Source of the DNA: Candidatus Multivoradales bacterium
GTDB lineage: Bacteria > Acidobacteriota > Thermoanaerobaculia > Multivoradales > JAHEKO01
Direction of reading: 5' to 3'
Assembly: GCA_965223155.1 (NCBI GenBank)
Contig: CBDCVR010000013.1
Coordinates: 1,178,761 to 1,242,760, forward strand
DNA length: 64,000 nt
The notes below the pieces were generated by a model that searched no databases, was not told the origin of the DNA, and was given only the letters and a program-made list of their open reading frames with translations. Shown piece by piece: positions 18,950 through 28,537 of this stretch; positions within the stretch are counted from its first letter, which is position 1; every line of letters starts with the position of its first letter. The position numbers and the translations under genes were made by a program.

Positions 18950-19939
18950 ATGAGGCGCTACCTCGCGAGGCGGGTGGGAGCCGCGCTGGTCGTTCTCGCG
19001 CTCACTCTGACCCTGGCGTTTTTCGCGGTCGAGCTTGCCCCGGGCGATCCGACCAATGCCTTTCTCCATCCAAAGATGTCGGCGGACCAGCAGGAGGCCC
19101 TGCGCCAGACCTTCGGCCTGGACCGGCCGTTGCTCGAGCGCTACCGGGCCTGGGTCACCGCGGTCGTGGTCCGACGAGACTTGGGCACGTCGTTCCTGCA
19201 CAACCGGCCGGTAACGGCAGTGCTGGCCGACCACCTCGGTCCGACCCTGCTCCTGGCTTCGACCGCCCTCGCGATCGAGTTCGCCGTGGGCATCGCGCTC
19301 GGCATCGCCGCCGCCCGGCGCCGGGGCGGATGGATCGACCACCTGATCAGGACCCTCAGCCTCGTCCTCTACTCGACGCCCCACTTCTGGATGGCTCTGA
19401 TGGTGTTGCTGGTCTTCAGCTACCAGACCGGCTGGTTTCCGGGTGGGCACATGACCTCGGCGGCGACCGCTGGCGGCGAAGCGGACTGGCTCGACGTCCT
19501 CTACCACCTGGCACTGCCGGCGGCGACGCTGGGGCTGGCCTCGGCCGGAGGCGTGGCCCGCTACGTACGCAACAGCCTGAGCGAGATCCTGACCGAGCCC
19601 TTCATCCAGAGTGCTCGGGCCCGCGGCCTGAGTGAGGCGCGGCTGGCCCGGCGCCACGGCCTGCGCAACGCTCTCGGGCCCTTGCTCGAGCTGGCCGGCC
19701 TCAGCTTGCCGTTTCTGCTGAGCGGCGCCCTGGTCACCGAGGTCGTTTTCTCGTGGCCCGGAATGGGGCGGCTGACCTATGACGCCATCCAGGGCCGCGA
19801 CTACCCGCTGATCCTGGGCGCCACGGCGCTCTCGGCGGTATTGGTCGTCCTCGGCACGCTACTCGCCGACCTCGGCCAGGCGGCCGCCGACCCGCGCGCC
19901 CGGCACCAATGGGAGATTCACGAACATGGGCTCGTTTGA
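18950..19939 (+). CDS. Peptide ABC transporter permease (DppB/OppB-like)
   Basis: APGDP, GLDRPL, DLGTS, ARARGL, EVVFSWPGMG, RDYP. Confidence 0.93.
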   Translation: MRRYLARRVGAALVVLALTLTLAFFAVELAPGDPTNAFLHPKMSADQQEALRQTFGLDRPLLERYRAWVTAVVVRRDLGTSFLHNRPVTAVLADHLGPTLLLASTALAIEFAVGIALGIAAARRRGGWIDHLIRTLSLVLYSTPHFWMALMVLLVFSYQTGWFPGGHMTSAATAGGEADWLDVLYHLALPAATLGLASAGGVARYVRNSLSEILTEPFIQSARARGLSEARLARRHGLRNALGPLLELAGLSLPFLLSGALVTEVVFSWPGMGRLTYDAIQGRDYPLILGATALSAVLVVLGTLLADLGQAAADPRARHQWEIHEHGLV

Positions 19940-20888
19940 GCTCCGCCTGGGCGGCGGACTCCTGGCTCTGATCGTCCTGGCCTCGTTGGTGGCCCCGTGG
20001 CTGGCGCCAGCTGCTCCCGAGCTCGAGTTCGACCGGGTCCAAGGCGGCAATCTGGAGCCGGGCACCCGGCGCCTGGAGGTCGAGCTCCGCGATGGCCGCC
20101 GCTGGCTGGCAGACTCCGTCGCGCCCGGAGACGGAGTCCTCGACATCGACCGCGGCGGCCGGCGCCAGCGGCTCGCCGCCGGCGAGCTGCTCCATCCCGA
20201 ACGGCCGGCCCGGAAGCGCCGGTTCTTGCTGGGCACCGATCACCTGTCACGCGACGTCCTTTCGCGGCTCCTTCACGGCGGGCGGCTGTCGCTGGTCATC
20301 GCCTCGGCGGCGGCACTCCTATCGACCCTCCTGGGACTTGGCATCGGAGCGCTGGCGGCGGCGTCCGGCCGCGGCTTCGACGCCGTCCTGATGCGCGCCA
20401 CCGACACCTTCCTGGCCTTCCCCAGGCTCTTCCTGCTCCTGGCCGTCGCCGGCCTGCTGCGCCCGGGGGTCGCCATCATCGTCGCGATCTTCGCGCTCAC
20501 AAGCTGGATGTCGGTCGCGCGCATCGCTCGCGCCGAGTTGGTTAAGCTTCGTTCGACCGAGCTCGCCGTGGCGGCCCGGGCCAGCGGCTTGAGTGCGACC
20601 GCGGTAATGCTCAGGCATCTGGTGCCCAACGCCCTGGCTCCGATCTTGGTGGCCCTGGTGCTGCGCATCGCCGACGTCATGCTGCTCGAAACCGCGCTGT
20701 CGTTTCTGGGTATCGGCGTCGAAGCGCCGACGCCAACTTGGGGCAACATGATCGCCGACGCCTCGCGCGACCTGCGTACCGGTTGGTGGAACGCCGCCTT
20801 CCCGGGTCTGGCAATCCTGGCCACCGTGGCGTCGATCCACCTCTTGGGAGACGGCCTCCAGGAGCGCCTCCAGCCCAGGAGTCATTAG
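19926..20888 (+). CDS. Peptide ABC transporter permease (DppC/OppC-like)
   Basis: LGTDHLSRDVLSRL, RHLVPN, ETALSFLGIG, PTWGNMI. Confidence 0.92.
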   Translation: MGSFELRLGGGLLALIVLASLVAPWLAPAAPELEFDRVQGGNLEPGTRRLEVELRDGRRWLADSVAPGDGVLDIDRGGRRQRLAAGELLHPERPARKRRFLLGTDHLSRDVLSRLLHGGRLSLVIASAAALLSTLLGLGIGALAAASGRGFDAVLMRATDTFLAFPRLFLLLAVAGLLRPGVAIIVAIFALTSWMSVARIARAELVKLRSTELAVAARASGLSATAVMLRHLVPNALAPILVALVLRIADVMLLETALSFLGIGVEAPTPTWGNMIADASRDLRTGWWNAAFPGLAILATVASIHLLGDGLQERLQPRSH

Positions 20889-20903
20889 CGGCGCTAGCCG
20901 ATC

Positions 20904-22082
20904 ATGGGCGGACCTTCCGACGATGACGCGACACGAGACGGCACACCCGCCGCCTTGCCGGCCGGCGACGATGCGGACGTAATGGCCGTGGGTGCGTCTG
21001 AGACGGCGAACTGCAAGACGGCCGATTTCGACTACCCGCTGGACCCGAGCCTGATCGCGCAAACTCCCGCAGAGCGGGGCGCCAGCCGGCTGCTGCGCCT
21101 GACCGGCGAGGACCTGGAACACACCCGCTTCGACCGGTTTCCGGACCTGCTACGACCCGGGGATCGGCTCGTCGTCAACAACACCCGCGTCCTTCCCGCC
21201 CGCCTCCTGGGCCGGCGCCGGGGGGGCGGGCGCGCCGAGCTCCTCCTGGTCGAGCTCCAGACCGAGACCACCTGGAAGTGCCTCGTCCGCCCGCGCCGGC
21301 GCCTGCCGCCGGGCGCGACGATCATCCTCGCGCCGGACTTTCACGGCACGGTGGCCGAGCATCTTCCTGGAGGCACCGCCACCGTCCGCTTCTCCGAAGA
21401 CCCGTTGCCGCGGCTCGAAAGCCTGGGCCGGACGCCGCTGCCGCCCTACATCCGCCGGCCACGCGACCCCGAGAAAAGCACGGAGCGCGAGGACCGGAAC
21501 CGCTACCAGACGGTCTACGCCAGCCGGCCCGGCGCCGTGGCGGCCCCCACCGCGGGACTTCACTTCACCCAGGACATCCTGCGGACGCTGGCCGAGCGCG
21601 GCGTCGAGCGCTCGGAGATCACCTTGCACGTCGGGCCCGGGACGTTTGCGCCGGTGACCGCCGAGGAGATCGACGCCCACACGATGCACTCCGAGACCTA
21701 CGAGATCCCGGCGGCCGCCGCGGCCGAGATCCAGGCCACCCGGGCGGCCGGCGGCCGCATCGTCGCCGCCGGCACCACCGTCGTCCGTACTCTCGAAAGC
21801 GTCGCCCTCGGCAACCGGGGCCGGGTGGTGGCCGGCCGGGGCCGAACCGACCTCTTCATCCGTCCCGGCTTCGACTTCCAGGCGGTCGATGTGCTGCTGA
21901 CCAACTTCCACCTGCCGCGCTCGACGCTGCTGATGCTGGTGTGCGCGTTCGGCGGCTTCGAGGCGGTTCTGAACGCCTACCGTGCCGCCACCGAGGCCGG
22001 CTATCGGTTCTTCTCCTACGGCGACGCCATGCTGCTGGAACGCGCGGCTACCGGTCGGCGCGAAAGGCCCGGCGCAGGCTGA
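20904..22082 (+). CDS. queA: S-adenosylmethionine:tRNA ribosyltransferase-isomerase (true start may be further downstream)
   Basis: DFDY.L...IAQTP, NNTRVLPARL, PLPPYI, YQTVYA, AAPTAGLHF, TNFHLPRSTL, FFSYGDAM. Confidence 0.96.
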   Translation: MGGPSDDDATRDGTPAALPAGDDADVMAVGASETANCKTADFDYPLDPSLIAQTPAERGASRLLRLTGEDLEHTRFDRFPDLLRPGDRLVVNNTRVLPARLLGRRRGGGRAELLLVELQTETTWKCLVRPRRRLPPGATIILAPDFHGTVAEHLPGGTATVRFSEDPLPRLESLGRTPLPPYIRRPRDPEKSTEREDRNRYQTVYASRPGAVAAPTAGLHFTQDILRTLAERGVERSEITLHVGPGTFAPVTAEEIDAHTMHSETYEIPAAAAAEIQATRAAGGRIVAAGTTVVRTLESVALGNRGRVVAGRGRTDLFIRPGFDFQAVDVLLTNFHLPRSTLLMLVCAFGGFEAVLNAYRAATEAGYRFFSYGDAMLLERAATGRRERPGAG

Positions 22083-22482
22083 CCGGAACCAGGAACAGCA
22101 CCACGTAGACCCCGAGAGCATAGAGCGGGGCCAGGGGGAAGCCGGAGCGCAGGGACTCCTGCGCCAGCGCCCAGAGCAGGTAGAAGAGTCCGCCGGGCAT
22201 CAGGAGATGGAGCCAGTAGAAGCCCCGCCGCTCGGCCACGAGGCCGCCCCCGGCTTCGGCCCGCCGGCGGCGCAGCACCTCGAGGTTGCCAAGCATCCAG
22301 CCCAGCGCCGCCGCCAGGCCATAGAGCAGATACAGATCCAGCCGGATGGTGCCGGCCAGCGGATACCCGAGCCAGGCCATCGCCACGAAGACGATCCAGC
22401 ACAGCCCGAAAAACAGAATGATGCCGAACTCGGAGCGCGCGAGGCTCGGCGCGGGAGGCCGCTCGGACGCGGGCGTCCGCAC
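22048..22482 (-). CDS. Hypothetical four-TM membrane protein
   Basis: Four hydrophobic helices; lies downstream of gcvH. Confidence 0.65.
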   Translation of the reverse strand: MRTPASERPPAPSLARSEFGIILFFGLCWIVFVAMAWLGYPLAGTIRLDLYLLYGLAAALGWMLGNLEVLRRRRAEAGGGLVAERRGFYWLHLLMPGGLFYLLWALAQESLRSGFPLAPLYALGVYVVLFLVPVSLRRAFRADR

Positions 22483-22560
22483 CCGGCTAGCTCAGCCCTT
22501 TCCCGAGCTCGAGCCCGCCGCGGCCCAGAGCCGCGCTGGCGCCGCCGGCCACCACCGCCG

Positions 22561-22941
22561 TCATCCCTCCTGGATGAACTCCTCGTACTCCGCCGAGGTC
22601 ATCAGGCCGTCCAGCTCGTCGGGTGCGCTCAGGGTCATCTTGACCAGCCACCCGTCGCCGTGAGGATCGTCGTTGACCTTCTCCGGCGCGTCGGTCAACA
22701 CTTCGTTGACGGCAACGATCTCGCCGGAGACCGGCGTGTAGACCTCGGCAACGGCCTTGACCGATTCGATCGAGCCCAGCTCGTCGTTGGCGTCGACTTG
22801 CTCGCCGACCTCGGGCAGCTCGACGAAGACCACGTCGCCGAGCTCCGACTGCGCGAACTCCGTGATGCCGACGGTGTAGGTGTCGCCGTCCTCGACGATC
22901 CACTCGTGGTCCTTCGAATACTTGCGGTCCTCTGGATACAT
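22561..22941 (-). CDS. gcvH: Glycine cleavage system H protein
   Basis: YSKDHEW, GITEFAQ.ELGDVVFV, lipoyl motif IESVKA; RBS GAGGAG. Confidence 0.97.
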   Translation of the reverse strand: MYPEDRKYSKDHEWIVEDGDTYTVGITEFAQSELGDVVFVELPEVGEQVDANDELGSIESVKAVAEVYTPVSGEIVAVNEVLTDAPEKVNDDPHGDGWLVKMTLSAPDELDGLMTSAEYEEFIQEG

Positions 22942-22975
22942 TGCGTTCTCCTCGCCGGGCCGACGGACCAACCCG

Positions 22976-24100
22976 TCAGTCCCGTTTGTAGAAAGGTAGC
23001 TCGACCACCTTCGCCGGCAGCTCGCGGCCGCGAGCCACGACGATGAGGTCGGTTCCCAGCGCCGCCAGCTCCGGCGGCACATAGGCCATCGCGATCGCGC
23101 GCTCCAAGGTCGGACTGAAGGTGCCACTGGTCACCGCGCCTACCGTTCGGCCCTCGGCCCGAACCTCGTACTCGGCGCGAGCCATGCCACGACCCACGAC
23201 CTCGAGACCGATCAGTTTCTTCCCGGGCCCGGCGGACTTGGCCTCGACCAGCGCGTCGCGCCCCACGAAGGGCCCGCGATCCAGCTTGATCGTCCAGCCC
23301 AGGCCGGCCTCGAAAGGAGTGGTCTCCTCGTCGATCTCGTGGCCGTAAAGCGCCATCGCCGCCTCGGTTCGCAACGTGTCTCGGGCTCCCAGGCCGGCCG
23401 GCTGCAAGCCGTGGCCGGCGCCGGCCTCGAGCAGCGCCCGCCACAGGGAAGCGGCGTTCTCGGGACGGGCGTAGAGCTCGAACCCATACTCGCCGGTGTA
23501 GCCCGTGCGCGACAGCAGCACCTTGCTGCCGGCGACCCGCGCCGTGCGAAACCGGTAGTACTTGAGCTTGCCCAGAGTCTCCGCGGTCGCCGGTTTGAGC
23601 AGCGGCCGCAGCACGTCTCCCGCACGAGGTCCTTGGAGCGCCAAGAGCGCGTACTCATCGCTCACGTCGTCGAGCTCGAAGGCCTCGCCCTGCCACCTCT
23701 CGGCCAGCCCGGTCAGGTGAGCGAAGTCCTTGGCGCGGTTGGCCGCGTTGACTACCAGCAAAAACTCATCCTCGGCCAGCCGGTAGACGAGCAGGTCGTC
23801 GAGATAGGTTCCGCGTTCGGTCAAGAGCGCCGAGTAGTGCGCGCGCTTGGGCCGCAGCGAAGCCACGTCGTTGGGAGTCGCGACTTGCAGAAAGGCCTCG
23901 GCACCCGCGCCGCGAACACGAAATTCGCCCATGTGCGACACGTCGAAGAGACCGGCGGCAGTGCGCACGGCCTGATGTTCCTCGATCACACCGGAGTAGC
24001 GGACCGGGAGGCTCCAGCCCGCGAATTCGACCATCTTGCCGCCGGCATCGCGGTGTTCTCGATCCAGAGGCGAGTGCTTGAGATCTTCGTTTGCGCTCAT
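22976..24100 (-). CDS. gcvT: Glycine cleavage system aminomethyltransferase T
   Basis: [36 protein letters not shown]. Confidence 0.97.
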   Translation of the reverse strand: MSANEDLKHSPLDREHRDAGGKMVEFAGWSLPVRYSGVIEEHQAVRTAAGLFDVSHMGEFRVRGAGAEAFLQVATPNDVASLRPKRAHYSALLTERGTYLDDLLVYRLAEDEFLLVVNAANRAKDFAHLTGLAERWQGEAFELDDVSDEYALLALQGPRAGDVLRPLLKPATAETLGKLKYYRFRTARVAGSKVLLSRTGYTGEYGFELYARPENAASLWRALLEAGAGHGLQPAGLGARDTLRTEAAMALYGHEIDEETTPFEAGLGWTIKLDRGPFVGRDALVEAKSAGPGKKLIGLEVVGRGMARAEYEVRAEGRTVGAVTSGTFSPTLERAIAMAYVPPELAALGTDLIVVARGRELPAKVVELPFYKRD

Positions 24101-24260
24101 CGGGCTCGGCCGCGCACTATAGCGCACGCCGGCACCGGTTTCCCACGTCTGGGCACTCGTCCCGACCGCCCGATCGGCAACTCCATCGGCCTTCGCGGCA
24201 TAGGTTCCTGCCGGGCTCGCCGGGACCTCCAGGACTCCCCAACCATCGCGCCGGCTCCGA

Positions 24261-24515
24261 ATCTCCACAGCGTTCGCCTAAGTCCTTGACCGACCATCAG
24301 TTAGCGCAAGACGACGAGGTTTCTGTGGAAATTACCTGACGCCCTCGGGCCGGCCCGGTAGCACTCGGAGAAATTCGATCTAACCAACTGAGATTCCACG
24401 ACTTATCCAGATTGCACAGAGTCTTGGTCAATTCGGGCCTCCCGCATTGCGGCCGGCTCTCCCGGAGCTTTTCCACACTGTTTTCCGGACGGTTTTCCGC
24501 AAGCCCTGTCGAAAA
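24261..24515. promoter_or_regulatory. Cluster of DnaA-box-like 9-mers with IHF-like sites (oriC-like or DnaA-binding locus)
   Basis: TTTTCCACA 24469-24477 (perfect TTWTNCACA); one-mismatch boxes at 24324-24332 (rc), 24403-24411, 24493-24501 and 24507-24515 (rc); AT-richer intergenic region. Confidence 0.55.
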
Positions 24516-24568
24516 CTTGTGGCCCGATCCACCTATCTCCTTCCAGGTGCTAGGCTTGCGCCGCGCTC

Positions 24569-26365
24569 ATGAGGACAACGGCCTGGACACACCTGCCTCG
24601 GGCGCGCTCCGTCGCCGGTGCCGCCGGCCTGCTGCTGGCCGCCTGGCTCGGCCCGGCACTCGCCGCCTCCGCCGCTGCCAAGGAGGCCGATTCCAAGATC
24701 GAAGAGTCAGGGCACGGCGTCCTCTTCGAGGACGCCACCTCCGTCTGGCGGCTTGAGTTCGATCACGTCAACGGCATGGTCGGACGGCTCTACTTTCCTG
24801 AGATGACCGGTCAGGGCGGCGCGCTTCTGGACTTCGACGGGGATGGCGACCTGGACGTCTACTTCCGCCAGGGCGGCTTGCTGGGCGCCGTCGACACGCT
24901 CCAGGATCTCGTCTTCGAAGTCCCGCCCGGCGCGGCCGGCCTCGGCGACCGGCTTTTTCGAAACGACGGCGCGCCTCCCGGCGAAGGAGGCCCCGGGCGC
25001 CGCTTCCTGGACATCTCTGAGCGAGCCGGCTTCGCCGGCACCGGCTACGGCATGGGCGCCGCCGCCGGTGACTTCGACGGCGACGGGCTCCCCGATCTGG
25101 CGCTCACCAACTACGGCCCCAACCAGCTCTGGCGCAACGCCGGCGACGGCACCTTCCGCGACGTCACCGCCCAGGCCGGCTTCCACGACAAAGACTGGAG
25201 CACGAGCGCCGCGTTCTCCGATCTCGACCGAGACGGCGACTTGGACCTTTTCGTCGTCAACTATGTCGACTTCGACGTCGACGAGAACCCGGTCTGCTAC
25301 GCGGAGTCGAGCGCCGTCGACTATTGCGGTCCGAGCGCCTTCGCCGGGCAGCGGGACCGGCTCTGGGAAAACCGCGGCGACGGCACCTTCGCGGACGTCT
25401 CGGTGCGCTCCGGCATCGCCGCCCTGGCCGAACCGGGACTCGGAGTCGTCACCGGCGATTTCAACGACGACGGCCTGACCGATCTCTACGTCGCCAATGA
25501 CGGCCGGGAAAACGCGCTCTGGTTGGCCCGGGGCGACGGCGGGTTTTCCAATGACGCGCTCCTTGCCGGCGCCGCGGTCAATCGCCGAGGCCTGCCGGAA
25601 GCCAGCATGGGGGTCGTGCTGGGCGATTTCGACGAGGACGGGGACGAAGACGTCTTCCTGACCCACCTCACGCTCGAGTCGAACACGCTCTACCGCAACC
25701 TCGGCGAGGGCCTGTTCGAAGACCGCTCGGCCGAAGCCGGCCTGGCCGGGCCCAGCCTGCGCTATACGAGCTTCGGCGTCGGCGCCTTCGACGCCGACAA
25801 CGACGGTTACCTGGACCTGGCCGTGGCCAACGGCGCGGTCAAGCAGCTAGGCGAACGCGTCGCCGGCGGCGACCTCTACCCCCTGGACCAACCCAACCAG
25901 TTCTTCCGCAATCTGGGCCCGGCCGGCGCCGGGACGTTCCAGGACGTCTCGGCCGCGGCCGGCTTCAACCGGGAAGCGGTCAGCCGCGGCCTAGCCACCG
26001 GCGACCTCGACAACGACGGCGCCACCGATCTCGTGATCTTCAACAACAACGACCGCAGCCAGATCCTGCGCAACCTCGCCTCGGAAGCCACTCCGGGCGC
26101 CGGCTGGATCGGTCTGACCGGCGACCTCAGGGCGCCGGCGCGAGCCCGAGTCGCGACCCACACCGGCCGGCGGCAGCGCGCCTCCCGGCCCGACGGCAGC
26201 TATTGCTCGTCGAGCGATCCCCGTATCCTGATCGGGCTGGGCGCCGGCCGTCCAGAGTGGGTAGAGCTTGCCCTGGGCGGCCCCAAGCCCCGCACCATCC
26301 GCTTCCTGGAGCCACCGGCGAACCGCTATCTCGTGCTGCCGCGCGCAGCGGACGCGGGCAGGTAA
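24569..26365 (+). CDS. Secreted FG-GAP repeat / ASPIC-UnbV (CRTAC1-like) protein
   Basis: Signal peptide; repeated DFDGDGDLD/DFNDDGLTD motifs; SRGLATGDLDNDG; GSYCSSSDPR. Confidence 0.88.
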   Translation: MRTTAWTHLPRARSVAGAAGLLLAAWLGPALAASAAAKEADSKIEESGHGVLFEDATSVWRLEFDHVNGMVGRLYFPEMTGQGGALLDFDGDGDLDVYFRQGGLLGAVDTLQDLVFEVPPGAAGLGDRLFRNDGAPPGEGGPGRRFLDISERAGFAGTGYGMGAAAGDFDGDGLPDLALTNYGPNQLWRNAGDGTFRDVTAQAGFHDKDWSTSAAFSDLDRDGDLDLFVVNYVDFDVDENPVCYAESSAVDYCGPSAFAGQRDRLWENRGDGTFADVSVRSGIAALAEPGLGVVTGDFNDDGLTDLYVANDGRENALWLARGDGGFSNDALLAGAAVNRRGLPEASMGVVLGDFDEDGDEDVFLTHLTLESNTLYRNLGEGLFEDRSAEAGLAGPSLRYTSFGVGAFDADNDGYLDLAVANGAVKQLGERVAGGDLYPLDQPNQFFRNLGPAGAGTFQDVSAAAGFNREAVSRGLATGDLDNDGATDLVIFNNNDRSQILRNLASEATPGAGWIGLTGDLRAPARARVATHTGRRQRASRPDGSYCSSSDPRILIGLGAGRPEWVELALGGPKPRTIRFLEPPANRYLVLPRAADAGR

Positions 26366-27168
26366 GCGCCGGCCCGGGCGTGGCGGCGGCGCGAGAGCTC
26401 TCGAAAAGCTCCGTCCCGCTCCGAGAAGCCGAGCCGCGCGAGCAGGAGGGTCTCGGCCTCGAGCTCGATCCACCAGCAGGTGCTGGCGCCGCGCTCGCCT
26501 CCCCGTCCACGGTTCGACGTGGCCGTCCCCGACTGCACCAGCAGAACCGGCGCCCGGCCGCTGGGATAGAACTCCTCGGAGCTGGCAACGAAGGACTGGT
26601 GGTTGTGCCCCGACAGCACCAGATCGACGCCGGCACGGGAAAACAGCTCCACCGCCGCCGCCGAGTTCCAGGCGACCCGCTGGCGCTCGAAGCGAGGCAC
26701 CGGTGCCAACGGATGGTGCGCGACCACGATCTTGAAGCTCCCTTCCGGCGCGGCTTCGAGAAGCTCGGCCGCTTGCGCCAGCCGCCGGCGCCGGTACCGG
26801 CCTTCGGTCGTCGTCCAGCCATGCGCGGTATTGACTCCGATCACCAGCAGCCCATCGTCGCGGAAGACGGGTTCGAGATCACGAGAGAACCAGCGCGCAT
26901 AGCTGCCGTAGGGGACGAAAACTCGCTCCCACACCCGCCACAACGGCACGTCGTGATTGCCCGGCACCGCCAAAGTGGGCATGGAAAAGCCGTCGACAAA
27001 GGCGCGCGCCTGCCGAAATTGCCCGGGCTTGGCGCGCTGGGTCAGATCGCCCGCGATGACGACGAGATCCGGCCGGCGCTCCTCGGCAAGTTCCAGGATC
27101 GCCTTGGCGCGCGCCCGCTCGTGCGGCGGCCCGAAGTGGACGTCCGAGATATGGAGAATGCTAGGCAC
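26326..27168 (-). CDS. Calcineurin-like metallophosphoesterase
   Basis: HISDVHFG, GDLT, PGNHD, HHP, SGHNH. Confidence 0.92.
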   Translation of the reverse strand: MPSILHISDVHFGPPHERARAKAILELAEERRPDLVVIAGDLTQRAKPGQFRQARAFVDGFSMPTLAVPGNHDVPLWRVWERVFVPYGSYARWFSRDLEPVFRDDGLLVIGVNTAHGWTTTEGRYRRRRLAQAAELLEAAPEGSFKIVVAHHPLAPVPRFERQRVAWNSAAAVELFSRAGVDLVLSGHNHQSFVASSEEFYPSGRAPVLLVQSGTATSNRGRGGERGASTCWWIELEAETLLLARLGFSERDGAFRELSRRRHARAGAYLPASAARGSTR

Positions 27169-27279
27169 GAACCGGTATTGGAGCGATCCGGAGCCGACCG
27201 CCTAGCAGCCGGCGCCGGGAACTTGCCGCAACGATCTCATGACTTGGGCGACGGCGCCCCAGGGCGCGCGCAGGCAACC

Positions 27280-27483
27280 CTACGACGACGCTCGGCGGCC
27301 GGCGAGGGCGTCCAGGCTCTCGGCAATCGTGTCGGCCGCGAGCCCCGAGGCCCTCTCCACCAGACGCCGGCCGTGCAGACGGCCCAAGAAGTAGCCGCCG
27401 GCAGCCGCGGTCAAGAGCGAAGCCTTCGGATAGCTCACGACAAACTGGCGCCAGTCGATCTCATTGGGCAGCATCTCGTCCAA
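27280..27483 (-). CDS. Small hypothetical membrane-anchored protein (start uncertain)
   Basis: IDWRQFVVSYPKASLLTAAAGGYFLGR resembles a DUF883-type C-terminal anchor; follows the DUF883-like gene. Confidence 0.55.
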   Translation of the reverse strand: MDEMLPNEIDWRQFVVSYPKASLLTAAAGGYFLGRLHGRRLVERASGLAADTIAESLDALAGRRASS

Positions 27484-27563
27484 AAGCTCGTCGGCAAGCG
27501 AACGAGCTGGCTCTTCGGACCACGATGGCGAATCTGTGCCCGCGGCGGACAGGGATCGGCGTC

Positions 27564-27947
27564 TCAGTCTCGACGTCCCCGCAGCAGGATGCCGAGGACG
27601 AATCCGACCCCGACCGCGATCGCGACGGACTTGCCGGGATGATGGCGCACGTAGTCGTTGACGTCCTCGCTGAGCTGTTCGAAGTCCTTGGAGACTCGGT
27701 CGTAGCCGTGCCGGACGGTCTCGCGGGCGCTGTCAACGGTGTCCCGAGCCGTCGCCGAAGCCCGCTGCGCGGTCTCCTTGAACGAATCGGAGGCGCGGCC
27801 GGCGCCGTCGCGAATGCCACGCACCTTGCGGTCGACGACGTCGCCGAACTTGTCGCGGGCCGCCGCCAGGCGTTCGCCGCTGGATCCGGCCGTGGCGCCG
27901 TCTCCGGGGCTGGCAGGGTTGATGTCGGAATCGAAGCTATCGGTCAT
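27564..27947 (-). CDS. DUF883/ElaB/YqjD-like membrane-anchored protein
   Basis: RBS GGAGG; C-terminus YVRHHPGKSVAIAVGVGFVLGILLRGRRD. Confidence 0.85.
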   Translation of the reverse strand: MTDSFDSDINPASPGDGATAGSSGERLAAARDKFGDVVDRKVRGIRDGAGRASDSFKETAQRASATARDTVDSARETVRHGYDRVSKDFEQLSEDVNDYVRHHPGKSVAIAVGVGFVLGILLRGRRD

Positions 27948-28027
27948 GGGTACCTCCCGTGGTTTCCCAACCAATGTAGCACCAACGTCAAGTGGCGGCC
28001 ACCACCGGACCGGGCCCGGAGCCTCGT

Positions 28028-28537
28028 CTACCAGGTCGCGAAAAAGCGAGCGTAGAGCGAGACGGTTTGCACCAGGAGAAAGGCGCCCAGGACCAGGAGC
28101 AGCACCAAGACACCAAGCAGTCCCGAGAGCTTCCACCAGGCCTCCCGGGCCACCAAACCCAGGGAGCCGGGGTTCTTGAGCAACTGAAGGTTCTTGCGGT
28201 GGGACTTCCAGAAGAGGTCGAAGAGGTCCCCCAGGATCGGAAACGAGCCCACGATCGCGTCCACCAGGACGTTGACCAACATCGCCAGGATGACGACCAC
28301 GGGTAGCCGGCGCCGGACCGCGGCGACGATCAGGGGCAGCCCGCAGGCCATGCCGGCAAAGTCGCCGACAAACGGCAACAGTCCGAGGATCACGTCGATG
28401 CCGAACGTGATCCGCGTCCCCGGGATGCGAATCGCCTCGTCCATGAGGTGCGCCCAGCGGTCGGTCCAGGGCCGTGCCGGAGCCTTCAGAGCCGGTGATA
28501 CACTCCCGCGGCTCTCTCGGAGAGGGGTACCGTTCAT
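28028..28537 (-). CDS. DUF4112 family membrane protein (start uncertain; alternative at 28444)
   Basis: MDEAIRIPGT..FGIDVILGLLPFVGD; N...D.IVG.FPILGDLFDLFWKSHRKN. Confidence 0.85.
   Translation of the reverse strand: MNGTPLRESRGSVSPALKAPARPWTDRWAHLMDEAIRIPGTRITFGIDVILGLLPFVGDFAGMACGLPLIVAAVRRRLPVVVILAMLVNVLVDAIVGSFPILGDLFDLFWKSHRKNLQLLKNPGSLGLVAREAWWKLSGLLGVLVLLLVLGAFLLVQTVSLYARFFATW

Noticed and set aside
17215-20888. ABC transporter lacking an ATPase as a novel system
   Set aside because: Peptide ABC ATPase genes are often encoded elsewhere; this cannot be judged from one window.
22487-22564. 25-aa ORF (MTAVVAGG...) overlapping the gcvH stop
   Set aside because: Low-complexity, no motif; cannot be distinguished from a chance ORF.
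24101-24345. Glycine riboswitch upstream of gcvT
   Set aside because: GGAGA and CGAAGG occur on the minus strand but no downstream CTCAGG in the required order; a candidate -10 (TATAGT) sits only about 15 nt before the ATG.
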